From: Gammaproteobacteria bacterium
Lineage (GTDB): Bacteria; Pseudomonadota; Gammaproteobacteria; UBA4575
Direction: 5' to 3'
Length of the DNA stretch: 64,000 nucleotides
Assembly: GCA_965222615.1 (NCBI GenBank)
Contig: CBDCUI010000007.1
Coordinates: forward strand, 224,001-288,000
A program made the position numbers and the translations under genes. This document shows, piece after piece, positions 10,134 through 20,368 of this stretch (position 1 is the first letter of the stretch; each line of letters opens with the position of its first letter). Under the pieces are notes generated by a model. The model worked only from the letters and a program-made list of their open reading frames with translations. It did not search any database and was not told the DNA's origin.

Positions 10134-11320
10134 CCAGTGTTAGCTCTTTTAACTGGGGCGATCAAGCCATCGTCTTTAGATGTTTCTTCCACCATTAAAT
10201 CATCGGTACCTTCGAGTAGATCTTGATCCGCAGAAGATTTGCTCTCCAATTTCAGGCGTAAGCGTAGATCGTTAACGGAATCTGCATTGCGCAAACCGTC
10301 TTCCATGGTAATTTGCCCTGCTTCGATAAGCTGGAACAAGTGCTGGTCAAAGGTTTGCATACCTTGCTCATTAGATTTGGCGATAAGCTCCTTCATTTGG
10401 TGTACATGTCCTTTAAATATGAGATCTGCCATCAGTGGGGAATTGAGCATCACTTCAACGGCTGGAATTCGACCATCACTATCTTTAATTGGCAATAGCC
10501 GTTGCGATACAACCGCCTTTAAGTTCAATGAAAGGTCCATCAACAGCTGATCACGACGATCATCTGGGAAAAAGTTAATAATACGATCTAGCGCTTGGTT
10601 AGTACTGTTTGCGTGTAATGTGGATAAACATAAGTGACCTGTTTCTGCAAATGCGATCGCGTATTCCATGGTTTCACGATCGCGTATCTCACCAATCAAT
10701 ATTACATCAGGGGCCTGTCGCAATGTGTTCTTCAGAGCAATATCATAGTCTTCTGTATCCACACCAACTTCACGTTGCGTGATAATACAATTCTTATGTT
10801 TATGTACAAATTCAATCGGGTCTTCAATTGTAACAATATGTCCAAAACTATTTTCGTTGCGGTAACCTACCATCGCAGCTAGAGAAGTTGACTTACCACT
10901 ACCGGTACCCCCCACGAAAATAACCATGCCGCGCTTGGTCATGGAGATGTCACGTAGTATGGGTGGCAACTTGAGTGATTCAAATTTAGGAATCTCTGAA
11001 TTGATGACACGCAATACCATGCCAGGGCTGCCACGTTGCGCAAAGGCATTAACACGAAAACGAGAAACATTAGGCAAACTAATTGCAAAGTTGCATTCTT
11101 GAGTCGCCTCAAATTCTCGTGATTGTTTATCGTTCATTATGGATCGAACTAAAACCTGTACATGGCTACTGGTAAGCGGTTGATTAGTCACCGGTACCAT
11201 CTTGCCGTCGATTTTCATTGAAGGTGGCGCACCAACCGTAACAAACAAGTCTGAACCACCTTTAGTTAATAGGTTACGCAACAAGTCATGCATGAAACTA
11301 ATCGCTTTATCTCTATCCAT
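10130..11320 (-). CDS. pilU: Type IV pilus retraction ATPase PilU
   Basis: GSDLFVTVGAPP, GGTGSGKST, LKNTLRQAPDVILIGEIRD, ALDRIINFFP. Confidence 0.95.
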   Translation of the reverse strand: MDRDKAISFMHDLLRNLLTKGGSDLFVTVGAPPSMKIDGKMVPVTNQPLTSSHVQVLVRSIMNDKQSREFEATQECNFAISLPNVSRFRVNAFAQRGSPGMVLRVINSEIPKFESLKLPPILRDISMTKRGMVIFVGGTGSGKSTSLAAMVGYRNENSFGHIVTIEDPIEFVHKHKNCIITQREVGVDTEDYDIALKNTLRQAPDVILIGEIRDRETMEYAIAFAETGHLCLSTLHANSTNQALDRIINFFPDDRRDQLLMDLSLNLKAVVSQRLLPIKDSDGRIPAVEVMLNSPLMADLIFKGHVHQMKELIAKSNEQGMQTFDQHLFQLIEAGQITMEDGLRNADSVNDLRLRLKLESKSSADQDLLEGTDDLMVEETSKDDGLIAPVKRANTG

Positions 11321-11358
11321 AACTATTTTCCCTGTGGTTTGCCCTTAAATTATTTAGT

Positions 11359-12393
11359 TTAAAATTCATCTTTATTAGCGGCCTTGCGACGCGCCTCTTC
11401 ACGCGAAATAAGCCCTTTTGCCGCGATTTCTTTTAAATTTTGATCTAGTGTCTGCATGCCAACAGAGTTACCGGTTTGAATAGCAGAATACATCTGAGCC
11501 ACTTTATCTTCGCGAATCAGATTTCGAATCGCCGGTGTGCCAATCATGATTTCGTGTGCGGCGACACGACCTCCACCAATTTTTCTACACAAGGTTTGTG
11601 AAATAACCGAACGTAGTGATTCCGAAAGCATGGAACGCACCATATCTTTCTCCGCACCTGGAAATACATCCACGATACGATCTATAGTCTTTGCTGCCGA
11701 ACTTGTATGCAAAGTACCAAACACCAAGTGTCCGGTTTCTGCTGCGGTGAGCGCCAAACGAATGGTTTCTAAATCTCGTAACTCACCGACAAGAATGGTG
11801 TCAGGATCCTCACGTAGAGCAGATCGTAATGCCTCATTAAACCCTAATGTATCTCGATGAACTTCACGTTGGTTAATAAGACTTTTTTTACTTTCATGGA
11901 CAAATTCAATTGGGTCTTCAATTGTCAAAATATGACTGTATTCATTTTCGTTTTTGTGATCCATCATCGCAGCAAGCGTAGTCGACTTACCTGAACCTGT
12001 GGGCCCGGTAACTAATACAATGCCTCGTGGATAACTTGCGATCTCAGCAAAAATTTTTGGGCAATTAAGTTCTTCAAGTGTGAGAATTTTACTAGGGATT
12101 GTTCGGAATACTGCACCTGCACCACGATTTTGTATAAATGCATTCACACGGAAACGTGCAAGGCCTGGGATTTCAAATGAAAAATCCGTCTCTAAAAATT
12201 CTTCATAATCCTTGCGCTGTTTGTCGTTCATGATGTCATAAACCATTTCATGAACTTGGCGATGCTCCATTATCGGTACATTAATGCGTCTTACATCACC
12301 ATCCACTCGAATCATGGGTGGGACACCTGCGGAAAGATGTAAATCGGATGCGCCATTTTTGACACTAAAGGCAAGTAGCTGAGATATATCCAC
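11359..12393 (-). CDS. pilT: Twitching motility ATPase PilT
   Basis: ASDLHLSAG, GPTGSGKST, LRSALREDPD, AIRNLIRE; divergent from yggS. Confidence 0.97.
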   Translation of the reverse strand: MDISQLLAFSVKNGASDLHLSAGVPPMIRVDGDVRRINVPIMEHRQVHEMVYDIMNDKQRKDYEEFLETDFSFEIPGLARFRVNAFIQNRGAGAVFRTIPSKILTLEELNCPKIFAEIASYPRGIVLVTGPTGSGKSTTLAAMMDHKNENEYSHILTIEDPIEFVHESKKSLINQREVHRDTLGFNEALRSALREDPDTILVGELRDLETIRLALTAAETGHLVFGTLHTSSAAKTIDRIVDVFPGAEKDMVRSMLSESLRSVISQTLCRKIGGGRVAAHEIMIGTPAIRNLIREDKVAQMYSAIQTGNSVGMQTLDQNLKEIAAKGLISREEARRKAANKDEF

Positions 12394-12688
12394 GAATACT
12401 CCTTAAATCTAGCTCTGTTGAACAAGCGTGGTGTTAATACACTCCCTGTGTAACCCATCCCACCTCAGTTAGTTAGAGGCATATACTTCTGGGCTAAAAA
12501 GGATAATATCGATAGTGTTATGCGGTTGATATGGTGCTGCTGAACTATTCTCGACGAGCCGAATCATTCATACGACTAGCTGCTAGCTGATAAGATTAGA
12601 TCGAGATTTTCCAGGCCAAATATCGCCATATAGCTTTGTTTGAGAATAGGCCCTTTAGTACCAACATTAGTAAATAATAATCGATTGC

Positions 12689-13375
12689 ATGAACGCATCT
12701 ATAGACACTCGGCTTACTGAACTCAAGGCACGTATTCAACAAATAGAGTCAAAATACCAACGCAAAGCTGGCAGCACTCATTTATTGGCCGTCAGTAAAA
12801 CTAAATCAGTAGCGCAAATAAACAAAGCCATCGCATGTGAACAACAAGATTTTGGTGAAAATTATACACAAGAAGCAATTGAAAAAATTTCTGCTTTATC
12901 AAATAAAGATCTTCGCTGGCACTTTATAGGACCTATTCAAAAAAATAAAACCAAACAAATCGCAGAACATTTTGATTGGGTACATAGTATCGATCGATTA
13001 ATTATTGCAGAACGATTGAATGTTCAACGACCAAAATCATTACCTCCCTTGCAAGTATGCATCCAGGTAAATATCGATAATGAACGATCAAAATCTGGTG
13101 TACCTATAGAGGAGGTGCAAAATCTGGCAGAGTCAATAAACAAGCTTACACGAGTTAAGCTACGTGGTTTGATGACAATTCCGCGAACAAGAAGTGACTT
13201 AAACGAGCAACGACAACCTTTCAAACAATTGCGGATACTGCTTGTGAAATTAAATGAGATCGGGCTTAATCTGGATACCTTATCAATGGGAATGAGTGGA
13301 GACCTAGAGGCAGCAATAGCTGAAGGTGCGACAATCGTTCGTATCGGTACAGCAATTTTTGGTAAACGAACATGA
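12689..13375 (+). CDS. yggS: PLP homeostasis protein YggS
   Basis: LLAVSKT, FGENY, WHFIGPIQKNK, LSMGMSGD, RIGTAIFG. Confidence 0.96.
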   Translation: MNASIDTRLTELKARIQQIESKYQRKAGSTHLLAVSKTKSVAQINKAIACEQQDFGENYTQEAIEKISALSNKDLRWHFIGPIQKNKTKQIAEHFDWVHSIDRLIIAERLNVQRPKSLPPLQVCIQVNIDNERSKSGVPIEEVQNLAESINKLTRVKLRGLMTIPRTRSDLNEQRQPFKQLRILLVKLNEIGLNLDTLSMGMSGDLEAAIAEGATIVRIGTAIFGKRT

Positions 13376-14220
13376 AATCAGAACTAGAAACCTTAAACAT
13401 TGCTTTTATAGGTGGTGGCAATATGGGGCAAGCCTTAGTTCAAGGTTTGCTGGAAAGTGGTTATGCCGCTGAGAACATCACTATTATAGATACGGACCAG
13501 GAAACCTGCGCAAAACTGAAAAAACAATTTCCACAGTGTCATGTGTTATCACAGACGGAAGCCGCCTTGCATATCGCCGACTTGGTCGTATTAGCCGTCA
13601 AACCTCAATCGATGCAACAGGCATGTGAACAAATTGCAGAACAGTGTCAATCCACTCGTCCCTTGATCATATCCATTGCGGCAGGTATACCCACTGCAGA
13701 TATCGATCATTGGCTAGGCGGGGGCTTGGCCATCGTCCGCTGCATGCCAAATACACCTGCCTTAGTACAATCTGGCACTACTGGATTATATGCAAATGCC
13801 GAAGTAGTGGCATACCAACGTGAGATAACAAATGGCATTCTTGGCAGTGTAGGTTCAATTTTATGGTTAAACGACGAGGAAATGTTGAATGCGGTCACTG
13901 CAGTATCAGGTAGCGGACCCGCCTATTTCTTTTACCTGATCGAGGCCATGCTTGAAGCCGGCTTAGCACTCGGTTTAAATGAGACGCAAGCACGTCAACT
14001 TACCATTGATACCGCAGCAGGAGCAGCAAAGCTGATTGAAAAAACTGCTAAAACACCACAAGAATTACGGCGTGCAGTAACCTCCAAAGGAGGAACAACT
14101 GAGGCAGCTATTTCGACTTTAGATCAGAATAATATGAAGCGTATTATCCAATCTGCTATTACAAATGCAGCAACAAGAGCAAAAGAATTATCCTCAAGCA
14201 CCACAATAAATAAAGGTTAA
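13372..14220 (+). CDS. proC: Pyrroline-5-carboxylate reductase
   Basis: FIGGGNMG, LAVKPQ, RCMPNTP, TAVSGSGPAY, VTSKGGTT. Confidence 0.96.
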   Translation: MKSELETLNIAFIGGGNMGQALVQGLLESGYAAENITIIDTDQETCAKLKKQFPQCHVLSQTEAALHIADLVVLAVKPQSMQQACEQIAEQCQSTRPLIISIAAGIPTADIDHWLGGGLAIVRCMPNTPALVQSGTTGLYANAEVVAYQREITNGILGSVGSILWLNDEEMLNAVTAVSGSGPAYFFYLIEAMLEAGLALGLNETQARQLTIDTAAGAAKLIEKTAKTPQELRRAVTSKGGTTEAAISTLDQNNMKRIIQSAITNAATRAKELSSSTTINKG

Positions 14221-14226
14221 GTAAAT

Positions 14227-14778
14227 ATGGATCCGCTAGTTAATGTGCTTGTTTTTCTGATACACATTTTTGTTACTCTATATATATACATTGTCCTCAT
14301 TCGAATGATTTTGGGTTATACCAAAGCAGATTTTTATAATCCCTTTTCACAATTTATTGTAACGGCAACCAGTCCAGTTCTCCGACCACTAAGAAAATTT
14401 ATCCCTAGCATAGGCCAAGTAGATACTGCTGCACTAGTTTTGGTTTTTGTACTTAAGTTTGCGGAACTGTTTCTTACTAATTTTCTTGTTGGGAAAAATA
14501 TAGTACTAAGTTCACTTATCATGCCAACAATCTTTGGCTTGATTAACTTAGTGTTAAACTTGTTTATATTTGCAATCATCGTATTAGTAGTCATTAGCTG
14601 GATTGCTCCACACCTACACGCTCAAAACAATCCATTGGCATCTGTATTGCGCTCTATCACTGAACCACTGATACGCCCTGCAAGAAAATTAATCCCTCCG
14701 ATCGGTATATTTGACCTATCAACTTTTGTGGTTTTAATTGCCTTGTATTCTGTAAAAATATTCATAAACTCATTTTAG
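14227..14778 (+). CDS. yggT: YggT family membrane protein
   Basis: ADFYNPFSQFIVTATSP, duplicated YGGT motif, position after proC. Confidence 0.92.
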   Translation: MDPLVNVLVFLIHIFVTLYIYIVLIRMILGYTKADFYNPFSQFIVTATSPVLRPLRKFIPSIGQVDTAALVLVFVLKFAELFLTNFLVGKNIVLSSLIMPTIFGLINLVLNLFIFAIIVLVVISWIAPHLHAQNNPLASVLRSITEPLIRPARKLIPPIGIFDLSTFVVLIALYSVKIFINSF

Positions 14779-14880
14779 TTTCTAAATGAATCTTTGATTT
14801 AATGCTATACAAGCATTAAATCATTGCGTGCAACTAATGCACTCATTACACTGCATAGCAAACTAACTAATAGTATTCGC

Positions 14881-16017
14881 ATGCCTGACACAATACCGGC
14901 TGACTCTGTTGGTCTCGTAGAGACAAAAACTATCACCATCAAAAAACCTTTGGCTCTTGATTGTGGTCGCACGTTACCTGAATTTACACTGGCTTATGAA
15001 ACCTATGGCGAACTAAACTCGGACCGAAGTAACGCCATTTTAATTTGCCATGCCTTGTCAGGAGATCAACACGCAGCAGGTTATTACGCTATGCAAGACC
15101 GCAAACCTGGTTGGTGGGATAATTGTATCGGTCCTGGAAAACCCTTTGATAGTAACGATTTTTTTATCGTCTGCCCAAATAATTTAGGTGGCTGTAAAGG
15201 CAGTAGTGGACCAACGACAACTAACCCTAAAACCGGAAAACCCTACGGACCTGGCTTCCCTTTAGTGACTGTACGCGATTGGGTATTAAGTCAAAGCCAT
15301 CTCGCCGATGAACTCGGCATTCAACAGTGGGCCGCTGTAATTGGTGGCAGTTTAGGTGGCATGCAAGTCATGCAATGGGCAATCGATTTTCCGAAGCGTA
15401 TACGTCATGCATTAGTCATCGCTGCAGCTCCTAAACTTACCGCACAAAATATTGCTTTTAACGAAGTTGCGCGCCAGGCAATTTTTTCTGATCCCAACTT
15501 TCATCAAGGACGCTATTACGAACATAATACTGTGCCCAGACAAGGCTTGATGCTGGCACGCATGTTAGGACATATCACTTATTTATCTGATGACGCAATG
15601 CGTGAAAAATTTGGTCGTGATTTGCGTGAAGGTAAACTTAATTTTGGTTTTGACGTTGAATTTCAGGTAGAGAGTTATTTGCGCTATCAAGGCAAGTCTT
15701 TTGTAGACCGATTTGATGCAAATACATATCTTATTATGACCAAAGTGTTGGATTACTTTGATCCGGCATTAAACTTTAATCATAATTTAGCTCAAGCATT
15801 TAATGAAACCGATGCAAGTTTTTTAGTTGTGTCATTTACAGGTGACTGGAGATTCTCTCCTGCACGTTCCAGGGAAATTGTGCGTGCCTTAATTGCTGCA
15901 AACAAAAAAGTCAGCTATGTAGAAATTGAGGCCGAGCTTGGGCACGATGCTTTTTTAACCACAATTCCTGAATATCATGCAGCTTTGCATGCTTACATAA
16001 ACACCATTCAAGCATGA
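14881..16017 (+). CDS. metX: Homoserine O-acyltransferase
   Basis: [29 protein letters not shown]; start set at ATG 14881 (MPDTIP). Confidence 0.95.
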   Translation: MPDTIPADSVGLVETKTITIKKPLALDCGRTLPEFTLAYETYGELNSDRSNAILICHALSGDQHAAGYYAMQDRKPGWWDNCIGPGKPFDSNDFFIVCPNNLGGCKGSSGPTTTNPKTGKPYGPGFPLVTVRDWVLSQSHLADELGIQQWAAVIGGSLGGMQVMQWAIDFPKRIRHALVIAAAPKLTAQNIAFNEVARQAIFSDPNFHQGRYYEHNTVPRQGLMLARMLGHITYLSDDAMREKFGRDLREGKLNFGFDVEFQVESYLRYQGKSFVDRFDANTYLIMTKVLDYFDPALNFNHNLAQAFNETDASFLVVSFTGDWRFSPARSREIVRALIAANKKVSYVEIEAELGHDAFLTTIPEYHAALHAYINTIQA

Positions 16018-16625
16018 CAGATCGATTACGACCAGATTTAGAAATTATCAGCGAGTGGATAAAGCCCAATACGAGAATATTGGATTTAGGCTGTGGTGAC
16101 GGCACATTGCTTACTCACCTTCTACGCACACGCAATGTAACTGGTTATGGTCTTGAGATCGATGGGGAAAACATACTTCAATGTATAGTAAAAGGGGTCC
16201 AAGTTATCCAAACCAACCTGGATGAAGGCATCACAGAATTTTTTGATGAAAACACATTTGATTATGTAGTGATGACTCAAACTCTCCAAGCGATCCAAAA
16301 CCCTGAAAAGCTACTGGATGAGATGTTACGCATTGGCAAAGAAGGCATTGTCACCTTTCCTAATATGGCATATTGGAAAAACCGAATTCAGCTTGGCTTA
16401 GGTGGGCATATGCCAATGACACGAACTTTGCCAAATGACTGGTTTGACACACCCAACATTCACCTCTGTTCAATCAACGATTTCGAAAGCTTATGCAAAC
16501 AACGGAGTATAAAAATTATCCAAATGACGGCGGTAGACTACGCACATCGGCATAGCTTGGGAATAAAATTATTCCCAAATCTGCTTGGTGAAATTGCTTT
16601 ATACCGCTTTTGTAAAAGTTCCTGA
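16014..16625 (+). CDS. metW: Methionine biosynthesis protein MetW
   Basis: [34 protein letters not shown]; overlaps the metX stop. Confidence 0.95.
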   Translation: MTDRLRPDLEIISEWIKPNTRILDLGCGDGTLLTHLLRTRNVTGYGLEIDGENILQCIVKGVQVIQTNLDEGITEFFDENTFDYVVMTQTLQAIQNPEKLLDEMLRIGKEGIVTFPNMAYWKNRIQLGLGGHMPMTRTLPNDWFDTPNIHLCSINDFESLCKQRSIKIIQMTAVDYAHRHSLGIKLFPNLLGEIALYRFCKSS

Positions 16626-16821
16626 CTAGGGCTTTATCCCCATAAATACAGAAAAAGGATGACAGCCGAGATAAATTAGATACAATAATAAAGACTGAAG
16701 AATTTGCAAAATTGCCTATTTCTTCGCACTTTTTTGATAGTTACTATTGTATTTTTTTACTTTGTGCTTAATCATACGCCCCACTTAAATATGTTAATTT
16801 TAATGACTAGAGGACTATTGC

Positions 16822-17145
16822 ATGGCCGCTACTAATTCAGCTAAGAAACCACCCACTAAATCAGAAATCTTAAATCATATTGCTGCAGAAACTGATCTTT
16901 CTCGTAAACAAGTAGCAGCAGTATTTCAATCTCTCGAAGGTTTGATCGCTAAAGAATTAAAACCTCGTGGCTCAGGTCTTTTTAATTTGCCAGGCTTATT
17001 AAAAATTAAAGTAATCAAAAAACCTGCTAGAAAAGCACGCAAAGGCATCAATCCTTTCACGGGTGAAGAAATGATGTTTAAAGCAAAACCGGCTAGCAAA
17101 GGTGTTAAAGTTTTACCGCTTAAAGGCTTAAAAACTATGGTCTAA
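16822..17145 (+). CDS. HU family histone-like DNA-binding protein
   Basis: TKSEIL...LSRKQV, FNLPGLLKI, ARKGINPFTGE...KPAS; GAGGA RBS. Confidence 0.9.
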   Translation: MAATNSAKKPPTKSEILNHIAAETDLSRKQVAAVFQSLEGLIAKELKPRGSGLFNLPGLLKIKVIKKPARKARKGINPFTGEEMMFKAKPASKGVKVLPLKGLKTMV

Positions 17146-17319
17146 AGCCGCAGGCACCTCTGATCCATTCGGGGCTTGTATTTTGTGTCTGAAAGTAACT
17201 AGCTTTTTCGTTGCCGAACTTCGTAAAGGCTAGTTATCGTGTGCGGCTCACGTTTGGGGTTTGAACACATTTTAGTTCACTGTTTACTTCGCCCAGAATA
17301 AATCTGCGGATCTTATACC

Positions 17320-17346
17320 AAGGTGCTTTTCGCACCTTTTCATTTT
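17320..17346 (+). terminator. Rho-independent terminator after the HU-like gene
   Basis: AAGGTGC-TTTTC-GCACCTT followed by a T-rich run. Confidence 0.65.
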
Positions 17347-17350
17347 TAGC

Positions 17351-17800
17351 TCAGTTCTCCATTACCTGAAGTTTAGTCTGAATAAACATACTGTGTGGCA
17401 CATATAGCAAGTCCGCAATTTTTCTAATTTGATATTCTTCATATTTATCCAGCTTGCTGTCTGCAAACGCGATACGCCACAAGTCTAGCATTAATGCTTT
17501 TTTCTCTTCTGCACTACAACCTTCGTTTATTATTTTCACAAATGGATAGATGGATACATGGTTTTCCTGCTCTGTAAGTGCAAGATGAATTAAGTTTTGT
17601 GTCTCTGCATCACTAAAATTAAATCTTTCCTTGAACACTTTTGCAATGGCTTCTAGCTCTTCTTTCTGAATATCAAAATCTGCACGGCTCACTTCCAACA
17701 ATAAAGTCGCCGAAGCCAAATGCATCAGATGTTCGTCATCAATAACTTCTCGCTCTGGAGAAACCTTATCTTGAATATATGCCGCTAAAGATTTAAACAT
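17351..17800 (-). CDS. TerB family protein
   Basis: LASATLLLEVSRAD, LWRIAFAD..LDKYEE..IRKIADLLYVPHS. Confidence 0.85.
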   Translation of the reverse strand: MFKSLAAYIQDKVSPEREVIDDEHLMHLASATLLLEVSRADFDIQKEELEAIAKVFKERFNFSDAETQNLIHLALTEQENHVSIYPFVKIINEGCSAEEKKALMLDLWRIAFADSKLDKYEEYQIRKIADLLYVPHSMFIQTKLQVMEN

Positions 17801-17871
17801 ACAGAGTAAACTCTAATCTATTCATGTGATCATACCCGTACTTTAAATATCCAGAATATATTAGAAGTTAT

Positions 17872-18183
17872 TTAATTTTGTATTCGATAATTTCGGTAGA
17901 CTCCACCTTCAAAGCAGTCAAAATAATCTTCAGTAAGAGGATGAGTGATCGGCTTCTGGCTAGTATCTGGGGCAATATGTCTTTCCGCCACATAGGTTGT
18001 CATAAGTTGCCCGTCAACAAGCACATGGTACCAAGGCTTATCTTTTGGAGGCTTGGATTTTGCTACACGCTCATACCACTCATTTGTACCACTATAATTT
18101 GCGTCCACATCAAAAATGACTCCACGGTAATTAAATTTTTTATGCACGATGATTTGACCAATTGAATATAAGGCTTTGTTCAT
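17872..18183 (-). CDS. hspQ: Heat shock protein HspQ (YccV-like)
   Basis: IGQIIVHKKFNYRGVIFDVD, PWYHVLV, TYVAE. Confidence 0.88.
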   Translation of the reverse strand: MNKALYSIGQIIVHKKFNYRGVIFDVDANYSGTNEWYERVAKSKPPKDKPWYHVLVDGQLMTTYVAERHIAPDTSQKPITHPLTEDYFDCFEGGVYRNYRIQN

Positions 18184-18391
18184 CGAAAACTCCTGGGTTT
18201 TATAACAAACTTGCTAATTACTTGAATAATATAACGCAAATTTTCGGCATTTCTAAATAGACATTAACTGGAGTGTATACGTTCAATATTGATAAATGGT
18301 ATAAATGCTAGAATCTGCTAGGCTATATAAGATCAGAATTTTAATAATAAAATAATAAACTGGTCTGTTTGTATAAAAATAGAGGCCCTAT

Positions 18392-18676
18392 ATGGCAACA
18401 AGAAGTAAAGAACAGCGCATATTAGTCGTGATGCGAAAATTGCTGGCGCAAATTGTAAAAGACACCACACCTGGGCCAGGCATGCGCCACCCCCTTAGCG
18501 AACAAACTATCAAGGATATCCGAGACTGCTTTAGTTTAATTGCAGCCCGTGAGCGGGAATTGACAGAACAAGCTGGAATTGAAAATAAGGATAGGCCCCA
18601 TTTTATAGATGAGCCAAAGACTTCGACAATCTTAAAATTTAAACCTCCAGGCAATAAACCAGAAAACGATAAGTAA
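18392..18676 (+). CDS. Conserved hypothetical protein
   Basis: KEQRIL..MRK.LA.IVKDTTP.PGMRHPLS..TI.DIR.CF.LIAAREREL pattern recalled from gammaproteobacterial hypotheticals; GAGG RBS. Confidence 0.75.
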   Translation: MATRSKEQRILVVMRKLLAQIVKDTTPGPGMRHPLSEQTIKDIRDCFSLIAARERELTEQAGIENKDRPHFIDEPKTSTILKFKPPGNKPENDK

Positions 18677-18719
18677 TTTTCTGTACTTTCTATATCAGAT
18701 GTTGTGTCTGATCAGTTTT

Positions 18720-19118
18720 ATGCCTTCTGATTCACAACAAAATCTCATCCAAATAACAAGACATACCATGCGCATATTGGACGAATGGGGGCTATCTGGT
18801 AAGGATATTATTAGTATTTTGGCACTACCCAATAAAACTCGTAGCCGCCATCTCGAGCGATTTCGTGATGATACTGCATTTCCAGAAAGTGAAAAAACCA
18901 TGCAACGAATAGAGCATATTGCTGGAATTGCTGATGCATTACGCACTAGTTATCCACGCAATGCTCAAATGGGCATTATTTGGATGCGCACACCGCATAA
19001 GCGATTTGCAAATCGATCGCCCTTACAAGTTTTGTCAGAACGCGGTTTAAGTGGCCTGTGAACTGTACGAGCTGAGTTAGATTGTGCTTTTGCATGGGAT
19101 GAATCTAGTACAGATTAA
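18720..19118 (+). CDS. DUF2384 / Xre-MbcA-ParS-like antitoxin-domain protein with an internal in-frame TGA at 19059-19061
   Basis: IAGIADALRTSYPRN...WMRTPHKRF..RSPL; the frame continues after TGA as TVRAELDCAFAW to TAA 19118. Confidence 0.6.
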
Positions 19119-19205
19119 AAATACATAAACTACCCTACAGTTTGTTTCATCAACTTAAATCCATGCTTATAATGTATCTCTTCTATTAACAGTATCTATT
19201 TATAG

Positions 19206-19622
19206 ATGGAACGATTAGCAGATATTAAAGTAAAGCTGGAACCTGATGTTGAAATTACTGCAGAAAATAAATGCGGTTATTGCACGAACTCCTATTGTTG
19301 CACTTATGTAACAGAAGAACTGACTGCACCTAAGAGTAAAGAAGACTACGAGCATATGCTGTGGCAAGTATCACACGAGGGTGTAGAGGTATATAAAGAT
19401 GACGAGGGCTGGTGGATGATGGTATCCGGCCGCTGTACTCATTTACAAAAAGATGGTGGGTGTGGAATTTATGAAGTTCGGCCGCAAATCTGCCGAGATC
19501 ATACAAATGACTATTGCGAATTCGACTCGCCGGCAGAAGATGACTACGACTTGTATTTCCCCGATTACGAAACTTTGTTGAAATATTGCAAAAAACGATT
19601 TAAACGCTGGAAACGTGGGTAA
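19206..19622 (+). CDS. YkgJ family cysteine-cluster (putative Zn/Fe chelating) protein
   Basis: CxxCxxxxCC, CTHL....CGIYEVRPQICR. Confidence 0.88.
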   Translation: MERLADIKVKLEPDVEITAENKCGYCTNSYCCTYVTEELTAPKSKEDYEHMLWQVSHEGVEVYKDDEGWWMMVSGRCTHLQKDGGCGIYEVRPQICRDHTNDYCEFDSPAEDDYDLYFPDYETLLKYCKKRFKRWKRG

Positions 19623-19673
19623 CTTTAGTTCACATATTGACCCTAAGGCTAAATTTTTGAGTAAGAGATTACT

Positions 19674-20336
19674 TCACTTCGGCATAATCTGAGCAAAATC
19701 GGTTATTGCGCGATAATGCAAAGTATCTTGCTCAGGCTTTGAGCTATCAGGTTTTTTAACAGTAATCAAATATTCAATACCAAACTTTTCTGCAGCAGCA
19801 AGCACTTCAAGATTATCATCTATAAATAACGTAGTAGTTGGATCAAAAGGTTCAGTTTGCATCAGTTTATCCCAAAATAATGGCTCTTCTTTAGAATATC
19901 CAAAATCATGTGAAGAAATAACATTATCGAAGTACCCCTCCAGCTGTACAGTATCCATTTTGATGACAACGCTATCGCGGTGTGCATTGGTAGCCAATAC
20001 TATGCGTTTATTACAATCCAACAACCGTGCAAGGAATTTCTCAACATTTGGAAAAATTTGGATACGATGTGAAATCTCATGCTTTAAAGCCAAGATATCT
20101 AACTTGAGGGCATTGGTCCAATAGTCAGTACAATACCAATCTAATGTGCCAGATTTGCTTTGGTAATGCGCTTTGAGTTGTTGTTTAGCAGATTCAAAAT
20201 CAATATTATGTTTTTGACTGTATCGTAATGGAACATGTTCGTGCCAAAAGTAATTATCAAAATATAGATCAAGTAACGTACCATCCATATCTAAAAAGAC
20301 AGTTGTTACTTTTTTCCAGTCCATTGGTATTTGCAT
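19674..20336 (-). CDS. yrfG: GMP/IMP nucleotidase (HAD family)
   Basis: FLDMDGTLLDLYFDNYFW, TLDWYC.DYW, TNAH, LFIDD. Confidence 0.9.
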   Translation of the reverse strand: MQIPMDWKKVTTVFLDMDGTLLDLYFDNYFWHEHVPLRYSQKHNIDFESAKQQLKAHYQSKSGTLDWYCTDYWTNALKLDILALKHEISHRIQIFPNVEKFLARLLDCNKRIVLATNAHRDSVVIKMDTVQLEGYFDNVISSHDFGYSKEEPLFWDKLMQTEPFDPTTTLFIDDNLEVLAAAEKFGIEYLITVKKPDSSKPEQDTLHYRAITDFAQIMPK

Positions 20337-20368
20337 ATTTCTACTAATACACCATAATTGTTTAGATT

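Noticed and set aside
19059-19118. Selenocysteine recoding of the in-frame TGA
   Set aside because: No convincing SECIS hairpin just downstream and no redox motif at this position; kept only as an unexplained stop
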